The notes below the pieces were generated by a model. It was not told where the DNA came from and ran no database searches. It saw only the letters and a list, made by a program, of their open reading frames with translations. The translations under genes were made by a program, and so were the position numbers. From assembly GCA_017522615.1 (NCBI GenBank), contig JAFWYR010000023.1, positions 996-64,995 of the forward strand: DNA of 64,000 nucleotides, in the 5' to 3' direction. Positions 17,939 through 27,314 of this stretch are shown here, in pieces (within the stretch, counting starts at the first letter, position 1; the number at the start of each line of letters is the position of its first letter). The DNA comes from Bacilli bacterium (GTDB lineage Bacteria; Bacillota_I; Bacilli_A; RF39; UBA660).

Positions 17939-19708
17939 ATGGTGAGTATGAAAATAGAAGTCGACAAAAGTATATTAGAAAAATTAAAAAATGAAATTAT
18001 AGAATATCAAAAATCTATTGGTTTTATAAAATTTAAAGATGATATTAATCTAGTAAAAGAAAACCTTAATTCACTCAAACATATATATGTTGATGACATA
18101 ATAGAAGTATCAGAAGATGGAATGATTTCTAAAAAAGAAGATATCATCATCGATAGCAAATTTGTAAATACGTCAAAAGACTCATCAAAAGTAACCGGAT
18201 TTAAACCAAATTTATTAAACATAATTGGAAATAGAATAATCCATGAACTTTGGCATAGAGCTTCAACTCACAGCGGAATATCTGGAATAATTGAAGGAAA
18301 TAATATCAGGAAGTACAATGCTTTAAACGAAGGAATAACTCAAATGCTTACGGAGGATATTACGGGAGTTGTAATATGCAAATTAAGTGACAAATATAAA
18401 GACTATAAAAAAATGGCCAAAATAATAAGAACTAGTATCTCTACTAGCACCATATTATCAGCATACATAAATCACGAAGACTCTATAAGATTAGAATGTA
18501 ATAAACTAGCAAATAATGACAATTTCTATGATGAATTTAACCGGAGTATATCTGAAATATATGAAATAAAAAAGAGAATAAAAAAACTAGAATCAAAAAG
18601 ACAAGCTAAAACATCTTTAGAATTTAGAGAAACATTTAAAAAACTATATAATGATAAAATGTTTCTTCAGTATAAAAATCTAATACTTAATATTATCATA
18701 CCGAAATTAAAAAGATTAAATAAAGACACAAGTAAATCTTATATTGAAGATATTTTAAATTCAGTAAAAGATGACAAAAAAGTATATGATGAATTTTACC
18801 GCTATCTAATAAAATATCTATCATATGACAGATTAAGTAAAAATGAAGAAAATAAAAAGATACGTGAAAAATTGAAATCGTTAGATCATCAGCAGCAGTT
18901 TATGTATAATTTTGCCAGAGATAGTAAGTCTGTATTTAAAAGCAAAATAATCACCGCTGAAGAAAATGGAACACTTTATTATCGTGAAAATGGTAAAATA
19001 GTTCCAATTAAATCTACCCAAATGAGCATGATGATATATCGTGAACTTTGGAATATAGAAGAAAAAAATATCGATAATGACACATTAAAACAAATTATTA
19101 GTAAAGGACTAGCCTTTGGAAATAAAAAGGCCCCTTTAGAAAAAAATAAAATATTTTGCGGAGTAAAAGCTGAATTAGAAAAAAAAGGATTAATCGTTAT
19201 AAATAGTCTTAAAGAAATAGATAGTGACTATTTAAAATTAAACTATTTAAATCAAAATAAATTTCCAACATTAAGTGATTTACGAATGCTTACTGACAAT
19301 TATGAACTTCATACATTGGTATCAAAAGACGGAGCTTATGTTTCTGAAATAATCAATCGAACAACAAATGAAATAGCCGATACAGAATTTTTAGAGGATA
19401 ATGCGATGTTCGCTAATCTTTGGATGGTTGCAGTTTCTAAATTTACTCAAAGAAATATATACATCGATAGAGTAGACCAAGTATTTTCAAAAAATATCGA
19501 AAAACTATATAATGAATTTATCGAAATATCTTCCAAACAATTAATAGAAAATGATAAGATAAAAAAAGAAGAAATAATCAAACATTTTGAAAATAACTCA
19601 TACTACTTTAAAGTAATAACTGAACTACTTTCAGACAAAGATAATTGTGATTGGATATATCGTTTCTTAAGGAGATACTCTATAAAGAAAAAACCCTCAT
19701 TAAATTGA
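17939..19708 (+). CDS. Hypothetical cytoplasmic HExxH...NEG gluzincin-like protein with long helical C-terminal region
   Basis: NRIIHELWHRAS (HExxH) is followed 24 residues after the second His by ALNEGITQMLTED. It is a paralog-like match to the 10881 protein. No signal peptide. Confidence 0.5.
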   Translation: MVSMKIEVDKSILEKLKNEIIEYQKSIGFIKFKDDINLVKENLNSLKHIYVDDIIEVSEDGMISKKEDIIIDSKFVNTSKDSSKVTGFKPNLLNIIGNRIIHELWHRASTHSGISGIIEGNNIRKYNALNEGITQMLTEDITGVVICKLSDKYKDYKKMAKIIRTSISTSTILSAYINHEDSIRLECNKLANNDNFYDEFNRSISEIYEIKKRIKKLESKRQAKTSLEFRETFKKLYNDKMFLQYKNLILNIIIPKLKRLNKDTSKSYIEDILNSVKDDKKVYDEFYRYLIKYLSYDRLSKNEENKKIREKLKSLDHQQQFMYNFARDSKSVFKSKIITAEENGTLYYRENGKIVPIKSTQMSMMIYRELWNIEEKNIDNDTLKQIISKGLAFGNKKAPLEKNKIFCGVKAELEKKGLIVINSLKEIDSDYLKLNYLNQNKFPTLSDLRMLTDNYELHTLVSKDGAYVSEIINRTTNEIADTEFLEDNAMFANLWMVAVSKFTQRNIYIDRVDQVFSKNIEKLYNEFIEISSKQLIENDKIKKEEIIKHFENNSYYFKVITELLSDKDNCDWIYRFLRRYSIKKKPSLN

Positions 19709-20350
19709 GGATTCTTTTGTATAATCAATAAATTCGATACTTTTTAACTCATCACCTTCAAAAACTAACCTAAATAACTCTGGTGATAACTCTTCCCAAT
19801 TATAACTACTATCTGTTAATACTTTATCGTTAATAATAATCTTAAAATCATTCCCATTAACTTCGATTCTTCCAAAACTTCCAAATAGAGAAATCATTGC
19901 CATACTATGTGAAGTAATATATATTTTTTTGCCTCTATGCTTTTCTATAATTTTAAATAATATTTCTCTCATTCTCTTCGCAACTTCTTCTCTAGATTCA
20001 CCATTTTGAAATTTAAAATTTTCATCGGATAATTGTTTTAAAGAAAAATTTTTAGGTAGTTCACTGTAATCTTTTTTAATACCATGGATTCTCTCACCAA
20101 GTCTATAATCAGCATTAATATCTCTATCTGAAGCTACATATTTAGCTGTAGCCATTGCTCTAGAATAAGGGCTAGAGTATATAACATCGACATCTTTTAA
20201 TTCTGAATAATTTGCCATTTTAAATGCTCTTTTTTCTCCTTCAATTGAAAGAGGAGTCATCATATTTAAAGATAAAACATCGATATCACTATTAACATTT
20301 TTATAAGATAAGGTTAAACTATGTCTTGAAATAAATACTATTGTTTCCAC
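19700..20350 (-). CDS. Histidine phosphatase family protein (phosphoglycerate mutase-like)
   Basis: VFISRHSLT (RH motif) and ITSHSMAM (second catalytic His). The GTG start overlaps the stop of the upstream SOR gene (TAGTG). Confidence 0.6.
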   Translation of the reverse strand: METIVFISRHSLTLSYKNVNSDIDVLSLNMMTPLSIEGEKRAFKMANYSELKDVDVIYSSPYSRAMATAKYVASDRDINADYRLGERIHGIKKDYSELPKNFSLKQLSDENFKFQNGESREEVAKRMREILFKIIEKHRGKKIYITSHSMAMISLFGSFGRIEVNGNDFKIIINDKVLTDSSYNWEELSPELFRLVFEGDELKSIEFIDYTKESSI

Positions 20351-20712
20351 TAGTTTACCTCATTTACCCAAAGACCGTGTAGATTACAGTAAGCATATAT
20401 TTTAGATCCAGGTTTATATTCAAATGTAGCCTTAGGCTCATCACCCGGATTTAATTTAACCATACTCATTTTATTATCGTATACTAAAGCAATCCACATA
20501 ATATAGTGATTTTCTTCCATAGGGTGCAAAGCATCACCAATAGAAACTTCGATATTATCTCCATTAACCTCGTATACAGGAACATGTTTTTCAACTGCCG
20601 CATCGACACTATTAGCTTTTATTTCCTTTAAATTACTTACCTCATTAAGTGAAAATAAAATCTCACCATTTTCATCTTTATAGAATTTAATCATATCTAT
20701 CAACTCCTTCAA
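20350..20712 (-). CDS. Superoxide reductase (neelaredoxin/desulfoferrodoxin centre II type)
   Basis: EKHVPV...HPMEENHYIMWI...CNLHGLW are the Fe ligand motifs of the SOR family. Confidence 0.8.
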   Translation of the reverse strand: MKELIDMIKFYKDENGEILFSLNEVSNLKEIKANSVDAAVEKHVPVYEVNGDNIEVSIGDALHPMEENHYIMWIALVYDNKMSMVKLNPGDEPKATFEYKPGSKIYAYCNLHGLWVNEVN

Positions 20713-20850
20713 ATAGTAAACTTTACTTAAATTATATCACATTTTTATATAAAGCAAACACCTCCAAATATAATACTAAAATAAAAAAATAGTTAAAAAC
20801 AATTGACTTTTATTAAATAATAAGCTATACTTATTAAGTAAATTGATTTT

Positions 20851-20927
20851 GGGGAATTAGCTCAGTTGGCTAGAGCACCTGCTTTGCACGCAGGGGGTCA
20901 GGAGTTCGAGTCTCCTATTCTCCACCA
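20851..20927 (+). tRNA. tRNA-Ala (anticodon UGC)
   Basis: Acceptor GGGGAAT/ATTCTCC including the G3:U70 identity pair, anticodon stem CCTGC/GCAGG with loop TT-TGC-AC, T-arm AGGAG-TTCGAGT-CTCCT, encoded CCA. Confidence 0.95.
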
Positions 20928-20939
20928 TAATTGTAAATT

Positions 20940-20966
20940 AATCCTTAATCTTATAAGGATTTTTTA
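20940..20966 (+). terminator. Rho-independent terminator after tRNA-Ala
   Basis: ATCCTTA-atctta-TAAGGAT hairpin followed by TTTTT. Confidence 0.7.
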
Positions 20967-21045
20967 TTTATCTAAATAAATATGAGTTTTACTATTTTTG
21001 TAGTATAATATATAAGTGAAGAAAAAAATAACTGGAGGTAAGCAT

Positions 21046-22872
21046 ATGGGCAAAAAGTCCGTTAAAACACCATGGCACGCATACTATGACGGTGTAAAAA
21101 AACATTTAGAATATCCCGATTTTTCAGTATATAAATTAATTGAATATACCGCATCAAGACATTTAAATAATATAAGTTATAACTATTATGGAACTAAAAA
21201 AACATATCATGAATTTTTAAAACAGATAGATGAAGCAGCGAGGGCTTTTAAAGCATTAGGAGTTAAGCACAAAGATATAGTAAGTATTTGTATGCCAAAC
21301 ACACCTGAAGCTATAATAGCTTTTTATGCGATTAATAAAATAGGGGCGATATCAAATCTAATTCATCCCTTATCGGGAGAAAATGAAATAAAATATTTTC
21401 TAAAGAAAACTAGTAGTAAATACATTGTATGTATAGATGTATCGATAGATAAAATTAATAATATAGTAGATGATACCAAAATAAAAAATATCATAGTAGT
21501 AAGTGCGGCAGATTCGATGCCACCTCATTTAAGTATGGCCTATAGAACGATGAATATCAGTAAAAGAGCTAGAAATATGGTCAATAAAATAATAGGCAAA
21601 AATAATAAAAAAGTTGCATCGTGGAATGAATTTATAAGACTCGGCAGAACATACACCAAAGAAATCGAAGACGACTTTAAAGGAAAAGAGATAGCCGCTA
21701 TCTTATATTCAGGAGGAACAACAGGCGCCCCTAAAGGAGTAGAATTAACTAACCTAAATTTAAATGCCATCGCCATGCAAGCCTTTGAGGCCTGTGCAAT
21801 ATTAAAAGAAAAAGATAAAGTATTAGCTATAATGCCCATATTCCATGGATTTGGATTAGCCGTATGTATCCATACCGTACAGTATTTTGGGGGAACATCT
21901 ATTTTAGTACCTCAGTTTAGTGCGAAGACATTTGATAAATTGTTAAAAAAATATGAACCGAATATTATCATCGGAGTACCAACTTTATATGAAGCTTTAA
22001 TAAAAAAACAAAGTATTATTCCTCATAAAATGTCATATTTAAAATGCGCCATATCAGGTGGTGATAGTTTATCTATTGAATTAAAGAAAAAAATAGATGC
22101 TTTCTTTAAAAGAAATGGGGCAGATATTCAAATTAGAGAAGGCTATGGTCTTACCGAATGTGGTTCAGTATCATGCCTAACTCCAGATAAATATTATAGA
22201 GTAGGTTCAATCGGAATACCACTTCCAGATACTTTATATAAAATAGTAAAACCTAACACCGATGAAGAAGTTCCTTATGGTGAAGAGGGCGAAATTGTAA
22301 TAAATGGTCCAACGGTAATGCACGGATACTACCACAGCCGAAAAGAAACCAAAGAAACTTTAAGAAAACACTCAGATGGTCTAATATGGCTTCATACCGG
22401 AGATCAAGGACTTATGGATAATGATGGATTTATCTATTTCAAACAGAGAATAAAACGTATGATAGTCTCTTCTGGTTACTGCCTATATCCAGGATATATT
22501 GAAAATGTTATAGACGAACATGAAGCTGTATCGATGAGCTGTGTAATAGGAATAAAACATCCATACAAAGTTCAAGTAGCCAAAGCATTCATCGTATTAA
22601 AAAATCATGAATTAGCTAATGAAGAAACTCTAAATTCGATAAAGGCGCACTGTGAAAAAAACTTATCTAGATACTCTTGGCCTTATGAATATGAATTTAG
22701 AGAAGAACTTCCTAAAACATTAGTAGGTAAAGTCGCATATAACGTTTTAGAACATGAAGAAGAAGCAAAAAATAAAAATCGTAACTTTAACACAGAAGAA
22801 GATAAAGAACCAATTTCAGTTGAAGTTGTTGAAGACGATTTTGTTAATCAAATTAAAAAGGATAAAAATTAA
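21046..22872 (+). CDS. Long-chain fatty-acid--CoA ligase (second paralog)
   Basis: ILYSGGTTGAPKG, GYGLTE, GDQG..DNDGF and PKTLVGKVAY motifs. It is collinear with the 15471-17228 protein. ATG 21046 follows GGAGGT. Confidence 0.85.
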   Translation: MGKKSVKTPWHAYYDGVKKHLEYPDFSVYKLIEYTASRHLNNISYNYYGTKKTYHEFLKQIDEAARAFKALGVKHKDIVSICMPNTPEAIIAFYAINKIGAISNLIHPLSGENEIKYFLKKTSSKYIVCIDVSIDKINNIVDDTKIKNIIVVSAADSMPPHLSMAYRTMNISKRARNMVNKIIGKNNKKVASWNEFIRLGRTYTKEIEDDFKGKEIAAILYSGGTTGAPKGVELTNLNLNAIAMQAFEACAILKEKDKVLAIMPIFHGFGLAVCIHTVQYFGGTSILVPQFSAKTFDKLLKKYEPNIIIGVPTLYEALIKKQSIIPHKMSYLKCAISGGDSLSIELKKKIDAFFKRNGADIQIREGYGLTECGSVSCLTPDKYYRVGSIGIPLPDTLYKIVKPNTDEEVPYGEEGEIVINGPTVMHGYYHSRKETKETLRKHSDGLIWLHTGDQGLMDNDGFIYFKQRIKRMIVSSGYCLYPGYIENVIDEHEAVSMSCVIGIKHPYKVQVAKAFIVLKNHELANEETLNSIKAHCEKNLSRYSWPYEYEFREELPKTLVGKVAYNVLEHEEEAKNKNRNFNTEEDKEPISVEVVEDDFVNQIKKDKN

Positions 22873-22879
22873 AACTTAT

Positions 22880-22906
22880 GGGATGATTAAATTCATCCCT
22901 TTTTTA
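22880..22906 (+). terminator. Rho-independent terminator after the acyl-CoA ligase gene
   Basis: GGGATGA-ttaaat-TCATCCC hairpin followed by TTTTTT. Confidence 0.8.
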
Positions 22907-22942
22907 CTAATATGATATAATTGATTAAAAGATGGTGATAAC

Positions 22943-23719
22943 ATGGAAACATTAAATTATTTAATAGAAAAGCTTATAAAAGAAAATGATGAACTTTCTA
23001 ACATAGTTATTCCTAAGTCATTAAATGAAAAGAAAGACTTATACCGTGCCCTAAGAAATATTAGAGAGCCAAAGCCTATTGATAATAATTATTTAAAAAT
23101 CCAAGATAAATATTTACAAGAAGAAATAAAAAATAAGGGTATTATCCAAGAAAATGAAATTCCAAAGTATCAAGGTATCATATCTGTATACATAGGAGAC
23201 ATAACTACCATAAAATGTGATGCCATTGTTAATGCGTGTAACGAATATCTACTAGGATGCTTTAATCCATCTCACAGATGTATCGATAATACCATTCACT
23301 CATTTGCCGGTATGCAGCTTAGAGAAAAGTGTAATAAAATTATGCAAGGTAAAACACTTCCAAACGGTGAAGTAATTCTTACAGAGGGATACAATTTACC
23401 ATGTAAATATATTATTCATACAGTAGGACCTCAAATAGAAGATTATCCAACAAAACAAGATAGAGAAGACTTAAAAAATTGTTATCTTAATTCATTAAAA
23501 CTAGCTAAAAAGAATAACTTAAAAACAATTACTTTTCCCTGTATATCGACTGGACTCTATTCATTTCCAAATGAAGAAGCTTGTAAAATAGCCATAAAGA
23601 CTGTCAGCGATTATTTAAAGGCAAACCCAAACACATTTGATCATATTATATTTAATGTATTTAAAAGTGAAGACTACGTATTATATAGAAAATACATAAA
23701 AGGAAGTGAAACCGCATGA
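22943..23719 (+). CDS. Macrodomain protein (ADP-ribose/protein-ADP-ribose hydrolase, Zn-macro type with N-terminal helical extension)
   Basis: GDITTIKCDAIVNACN, HTVGP and CISTGLYSFP are macrodomain motifs. GCFNPSHRCID is a Cys/His cluster like the Zn site described for sirtuin-linked macrodomains. Confidence 0.8.
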   Translation: METLNYLIEKLIKENDELSNIVIPKSLNEKKDLYRALRNIREPKPIDNNYLKIQDKYLQEEIKNKGIIQENEIPKYQGIISVYIGDITTIKCDAIVNACNEYLLGCFNPSHRCIDNTIHSFAGMQLREKCNKIMQGKTLPNGEVILTEGYNLPCKYIIHTVGPQIEDYPTKQDREDLKNCYLNSLKLAKKNNLKTITFPCISTGLYSFPNEEACKIAIKTVSDYLKANPNTFDHIIFNVFKSEDYVLYRKYIKGSETA

Positions 23720-24570
23720 CTGACATAAATAAAATAAAAAAATGGATAGATGAAGCCGACGCTATAATCATTGGCGCTGGAGCCGGCCTATCAGATGCTG
23801 CTGGAATTCATTATAGTGGAGAAAAGTTCGAAGAAGATTTTAAAGACTTCATAAAAAAATATGGTTTTAAAGATCTATATACATCTTCTTTTTATCAATT
23901 TAAAACCGAAGAAGAAAGATGGGCTTACTGGGCTAAACACATATACTTTTCATACTATGAAAGAAAAAATACTGATTTGTATAGAAAATTATATAACATA
24001 GTTAAAGACAAAAACTATTTCGTTATCACAACTAATACAGATGGGCAATTTATAAATAATGGATTTAAAAAAAATAAAATATTTGAAGTTCAAGGAAGTT
24101 ATTCTAAACTTCAGTGTATTACTCCATGCCATAACAAACTATATGATAATGAAAAAACCATTAAAAAATTATTACAAAACATCGATGAAAATCTAAAAGT
24201 TTCATCTTCTTTAGTTCCCAAGTGTCCCGTATGTCATGAAAATATGTCCGTAAATTTAAGATGCGACGATACTTTTGTTGAAGATAATCACTGGCACAAA
24301 ATGGAAAAAGATTATAATGATTTTATTTTAAATAGTTCTGATAAAAAAGTTCTATTACTAGAGTTTGGTGTTGGTTTCAACACACCTAGCATAATAAGAT
24401 TCCCATTTGAAGAGATGACCTTTATGCATGATAATTTTAGATTAATAAGATTTAATGATAATTATTCATTAGTTCCAAATGAAATAAAAGCAAAATCCAT
24501 TTCTGTGAGTGACAGTATTTCTGAAGTAATCGATCTATTGGAAAAACTATGTAGAGGAAAAAATGAATAG
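23716..24570 (+). CDS. SIR2-family protein, class-M (SirTM)-like ADP-ribosyltransferase candidate
   Basis: IIGAGAGLSDAAGI (NAD-binding GAG), TTNTDGQF, and EVQGSY where canonical sirtuins have HG. A CPVC zinc ribbon pairs with CITPC. The start overlaps the macro stop (ATGA). Confidence 0.7.
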   Translation: MTDINKIKKWIDEADAIIIGAGAGLSDAAGIHYSGEKFEEDFKDFIKKYGFKDLYTSSFYQFKTEEERWAYWAKHIYFSYYERKNTDLYRKLYNIVKDKNYFVITTNTDGQFINNGFKKNKIFEVQGSYSKLQCITPCHNKLYDNEKTIKKLLQNIDENLKVSSSLVPKCPVCHENMSVNLRCDDTFVEDNHWHKMEKDYNDFILNSSDKKVLLLEFGVGFNTPSIIRFPFEEMTFMHDNFRLIRFNDNYSLVPNEIKAKSISVSDSISEVIDLLEKLCRGKNE

Positions 24571-25165
24571 ATTAAAAAAAGGAAAAAGTTTAATAGAGGA
24601 CTTAAAAGACTATACCGTAGTCGATATTGAAACAACGGGACTGGACTGGAATTTTAACAAAATATTAGAAATAAGCGCACTTAAAGTTAGAGATAGAAAA
24701 GTAGTATCGGAATTTTCAAAAATAATTAATCCTCATGAAAAGATTCCTTATTTTATTAAAAATCTAACCGGTATAAATGATGAAATGGCAAGTAATTCTG
24801 AAGAATTAATAGATGTACTAATGGATTTTAAAGAATTCTTAGGGAATGATATTATCGTTGGTCATAATGTTAATTTTGATATAAATTTCTTATATGATAA
24901 CTTTATTAAAGAGTTAAATGAACCACTTACAAATGATTTCGTTGATACACTAAAAATAGCAAGAAGATTACTTAAAGAATTAAATCACCATAGACTTGAT
25001 GACATCACAGATTATTTCAATATTGAAGCTCGTGATAAACATAGAGCTTTAAACGACTGCGTACTTACAAACAAAATATATCTACACATGTGCGAGATAG
25101 TATATGATAGATTTGCCAGTTGGGAAAATTTTAAAAATAATAAAATAGAAAGAGGTATACAATGA
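24563..25165 (+). CDS. DEDDh 3'-5' exonuclease (DnaQ/epsilon-like)
   Basis: VVDIETTGL (Exo I), GHNVNFDINFL (Exo II) and HRALNDC (Exo III, h-type). Confidence 0.8.
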   Translation: MNRLKKGKSLIEDLKDYTVVDIETTGLDWNFNKILEISALKVRDRKVVSEFSKIINPHEKIPYFIKNLTGINDEMASNSEELIDVLMDFKEFLGNDIIVGHNVNFDINFLYDNFIKELNEPLTNDFVDTLKIARRLLKELNHHRLDDITDYFNIEARDKHRALNDCVLTNKIYLHMCEIVYDRFASWENFKNNKIERGIQ

Positions 25166-25911
25166 AAATAATTTCTTGGAATGTCGCAGGTTTTAGAGCT
25201 TGCTTAAAAAAAGGTTTTGATAATTTTTTTGATAAAATAGATGCTGATATTTTCTGCATACAAGAATCAAAAGTATTAGAAGACCAGTTTGATTATAGAC
25301 CAGAAGGATATGAAATGTATCTTAATCCAGCCGAAAAAAAAGGTTATTCTGGAACATTAATCTATTCAAGAGTAAAACCATTAAAAATAACTTACGGAAT
25401 GGGCATTGAAAAACATGACCATGAAGGGAGAATGATTACTTTAGAATTTAATGATTTCTATTTAGTAAATGTTTATACTCCAAATGTAAAAAGAGATTTA
25501 TCAAGATTAGATTACCGAATGGAGTGGGAAGACGATTTTAGAAATTATTTAAAATCATTAGAAAAAACAAAACCAGTAATAACATGCGGCGATATGAATG
25601 TAGCTCACGAAGAGATAGACATTAAAAATGCTAAAGCAAACATTGGTAATGCTGGATTCACATATGAAGAGAGAAGTAAAATGACTGAACTATTAGATAA
25701 CGGTTTTATCGATACATTTAGATATTACAATAAAGATACCATAAAATATTCTTGGTGGAGTTATATGAGGGGGGCAAGAGAGAGAAATATAGGATGGCGT
25801 ATAGACTATTTCCTAGTATCAGAAAGTATAATAAAAAAAGTAACTAAAACTGATATATATGATGATGTATTAGGTAGTGACCACTGCCCTATAGGGATAG
25901 AATTGGATTAG
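25162..25911 (+). CDS. exoA: Exodeoxyribonuclease III (AP endonuclease)
   Basis: MKIISWNVAG, CIQESK, GDMNVAH and SDHCPI motifs. The ATGA start overlaps the upstream stop. Confidence 0.9.
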   Translation: MKIISWNVAGFRACLKKGFDNFFDKIDADIFCIQESKVLEDQFDYRPEGYEMYLNPAEKKGYSGTLIYSRVKPLKITYGMGIEKHDHEGRMITLEFNDFYLVNVYTPNVKRDLSRLDYRMEWEDDFRNYLKSLEKTKPVITCGDMNVAHEEIDIKNAKANIGNAGFTYEERSKMTELLDNGFIDTFRYYNKDTIKYSWWSYMRGARERNIGWRIDYFLVSESIIKKVTKTDIYDDVLGSDHCPIGIELD

Positions 25912-25931
25912 GCTTAAACAAAGCCTTTTTA
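25910..25931 (+). terminator. Rho-independent terminator after exoA
   Basis: AGGCTT-aaaca-AAGCCT hairpin followed by TTTTT. Confidence 0.7.
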
Positions 25932-26002
25932 ATTTGCTTTTTTACAAAATAAATAGTATAATCGAATATGAAAAACATTTTCAATTTAAAAGGAGAGATT
26001 TT

Positions 26003-26398
26003 ATGCCTAGGAGTGATCATTATAATACAAAACAAAAAGATTTAATTTTAAACATAATTAAACAAGAAGAAAAAGATTTCACCATCAAAGATATCCACAG
26101 TAAATTAAAAGATGAAACTGGACTTACAACTATATACAGGTTCATGGATAAACTAATAGAAGATGGATTAGTAGATAAGCATATAGGTAAAGATAACAAA
26201 ACGTATTATAATTACCTAGAAAAATGTGATAATAAAAATCATTTTTATCTAAAATGTGAAAGCTGTGGAAAAATAGTTCATATCGACTGTGACTGTATAG
26301 AAGATTTATCAAATCACATAACAAATAAACATAAATTTAAACTAAATAGAAAGCACTTCATCATAAATGGCACGTGTGGTGATTGTAATGAGGGATAA
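26003..26398 (+). CDS. zur: Fur-family metalloregulator, probably Zur
   Basis: A winged-helix N-terminal region is followed by HFYLKCESCGK...NGTCGDCN (two CxxC pairs). It lies directly upstream of a zinc-type ABC importer. ATG 26003 follows AAGGAGAG. Confidence 0.7.
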   Translation: MPRSDHYNTKQKDLILNIIKQEEKDFTIKDIHSKLKDETGLTTIYRFMDKLIEDGLVDKHIGKDNKTYYNYLEKCDNKNHFYLKCESCGKIVHIDCDCIEDLSNHITNKHKFKLNRKHFIINGTCGDCNEG

Positions 26399-26399
26399 C

Positions 26400-27314
26400 A
26401 TGAAAAAAATACTAATTATATTATTATTAATAACCTTAACTGGTTGTGGAATAAAAAACACAAATAAAAAAACTATAATATCCACTGGATTTGCCGGTTA
26501 TGATTTTGCACGAGCTATTACTAAAGATAGTGAAAATATCGAAGTAAAAATGCTACTAAAGCCAGGTGCCGAAATACATGATTATGAACCTAGCCCAAAA
26601 GAAATAGTAGACATTCAAAATAGTGATTTATTCATATATGTTGGTGGAGAGTCAGATGAATGGGTCAAAGATGTTTTAAAAGATATTGATACGAGTAAAA
26701 CAAAAGTGATAAGACTTATGGATCTAGTTGATGTAGTAAAAGAAGAATTAGTGGAAGGTATGGAAGAAGAAAATGAAGAGCATGAAGAATATGATGAACA
26801 CATTTGGACAAGTCCTTTAAATGCAAAGGAAATAATTGAAAATTTAAATAAAGAAATTATAAAAATTGATCCGAACAATAAAAATTTATATACAAAAAAT
26901 AGCGAAAACTATTTAAATGAAATATCGGACATAGATAAGGAAATTAGAAGTATTGTGGATAGTGCAAAAAGAACAGAATTAATCTTTGGTGATAGATTTC
27001 CTCTTCGTTATTTTGTAGACGAATATGGTTTATCATATTACGCCGCATTCCCAGGATGTTCTGAGTCGACAGAAGCTAGTGCGAAAACTATTTCATTTCT
27101 TATAAATAAAGTAAAAACAGATGATATTCCAGTTATACTTAAAATAGAACTTTCAAACGGAAAAATTGCCGAAGCTATAGCTAAGGAAACAGGAGCAAAA
27201 GTACTAGAATTTAATGCAGCTCACAACATATCCCAAGAAGATTTTGATAAAGGAATAACATATGTAGACATAATGAGAAATAACATAAAATCCCTAAAGG
27301 AGGCACTCAACTAA
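26400..27314 (+). CDS. znuA: Metal (zinc-type) ABC transporter substrate-binding lipoprotein
   Basis: The lipobox LTGC and the acidic/His-rich loop EGMEEENEEHEEYDEHIW are typical of ZnuA/AdcA. The fold pattern is of the TroA family. Confidence 0.8.
   Translation: MKKILIILLLITLTGCGIKNTNKKTIISTGFAGYDFARAITKDSENIEVKMLLKPGAEIHDYEPSPKEIVDIQNSDLFIYVGGESDEWVKDVLKDIDTSKTKVIRLMDLVDVVKEELVEGMEEENEEHEEYDEHIWTSPLNAKEIIENLNKEIIKIDPNNKNLYTKNSENYLNEISDIDKEIRSIVDSAKRTELIFGDRFPLRYFVDEYGLSYYAAFPGCSESTEASAKTISFLINKVKTDDIPVILKIELSNGKIAEAIAKETGAKVLEFNAAHNISQEDFDKGITYVDIMRNNIKSLKEALN

Noticed and set aside
23716-24570. SIR2-domain protein considered as an anti-phage NADase (Thoeris ThsA, DSR or SIR2-HerA type).
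   Set aside because: It is small (284 aa) and has no SLOG, TIR, HerA or helicase partner. It is translationally coupled to a Zn-type macrodomain and has Gln at the catalytic His position. This pattern fits the SirTM writer/eraser pair and not known defence SIR2 effectors.
25912-26002. Search for a Zur/Fur box upstream of zur-znuA, and also upstream of 30668.
   Set aside because: I could not find a convincing palindrome of the TCGTAAT-N-ATTACGA type by eye. A PWM scan is needed, so no operator is called.
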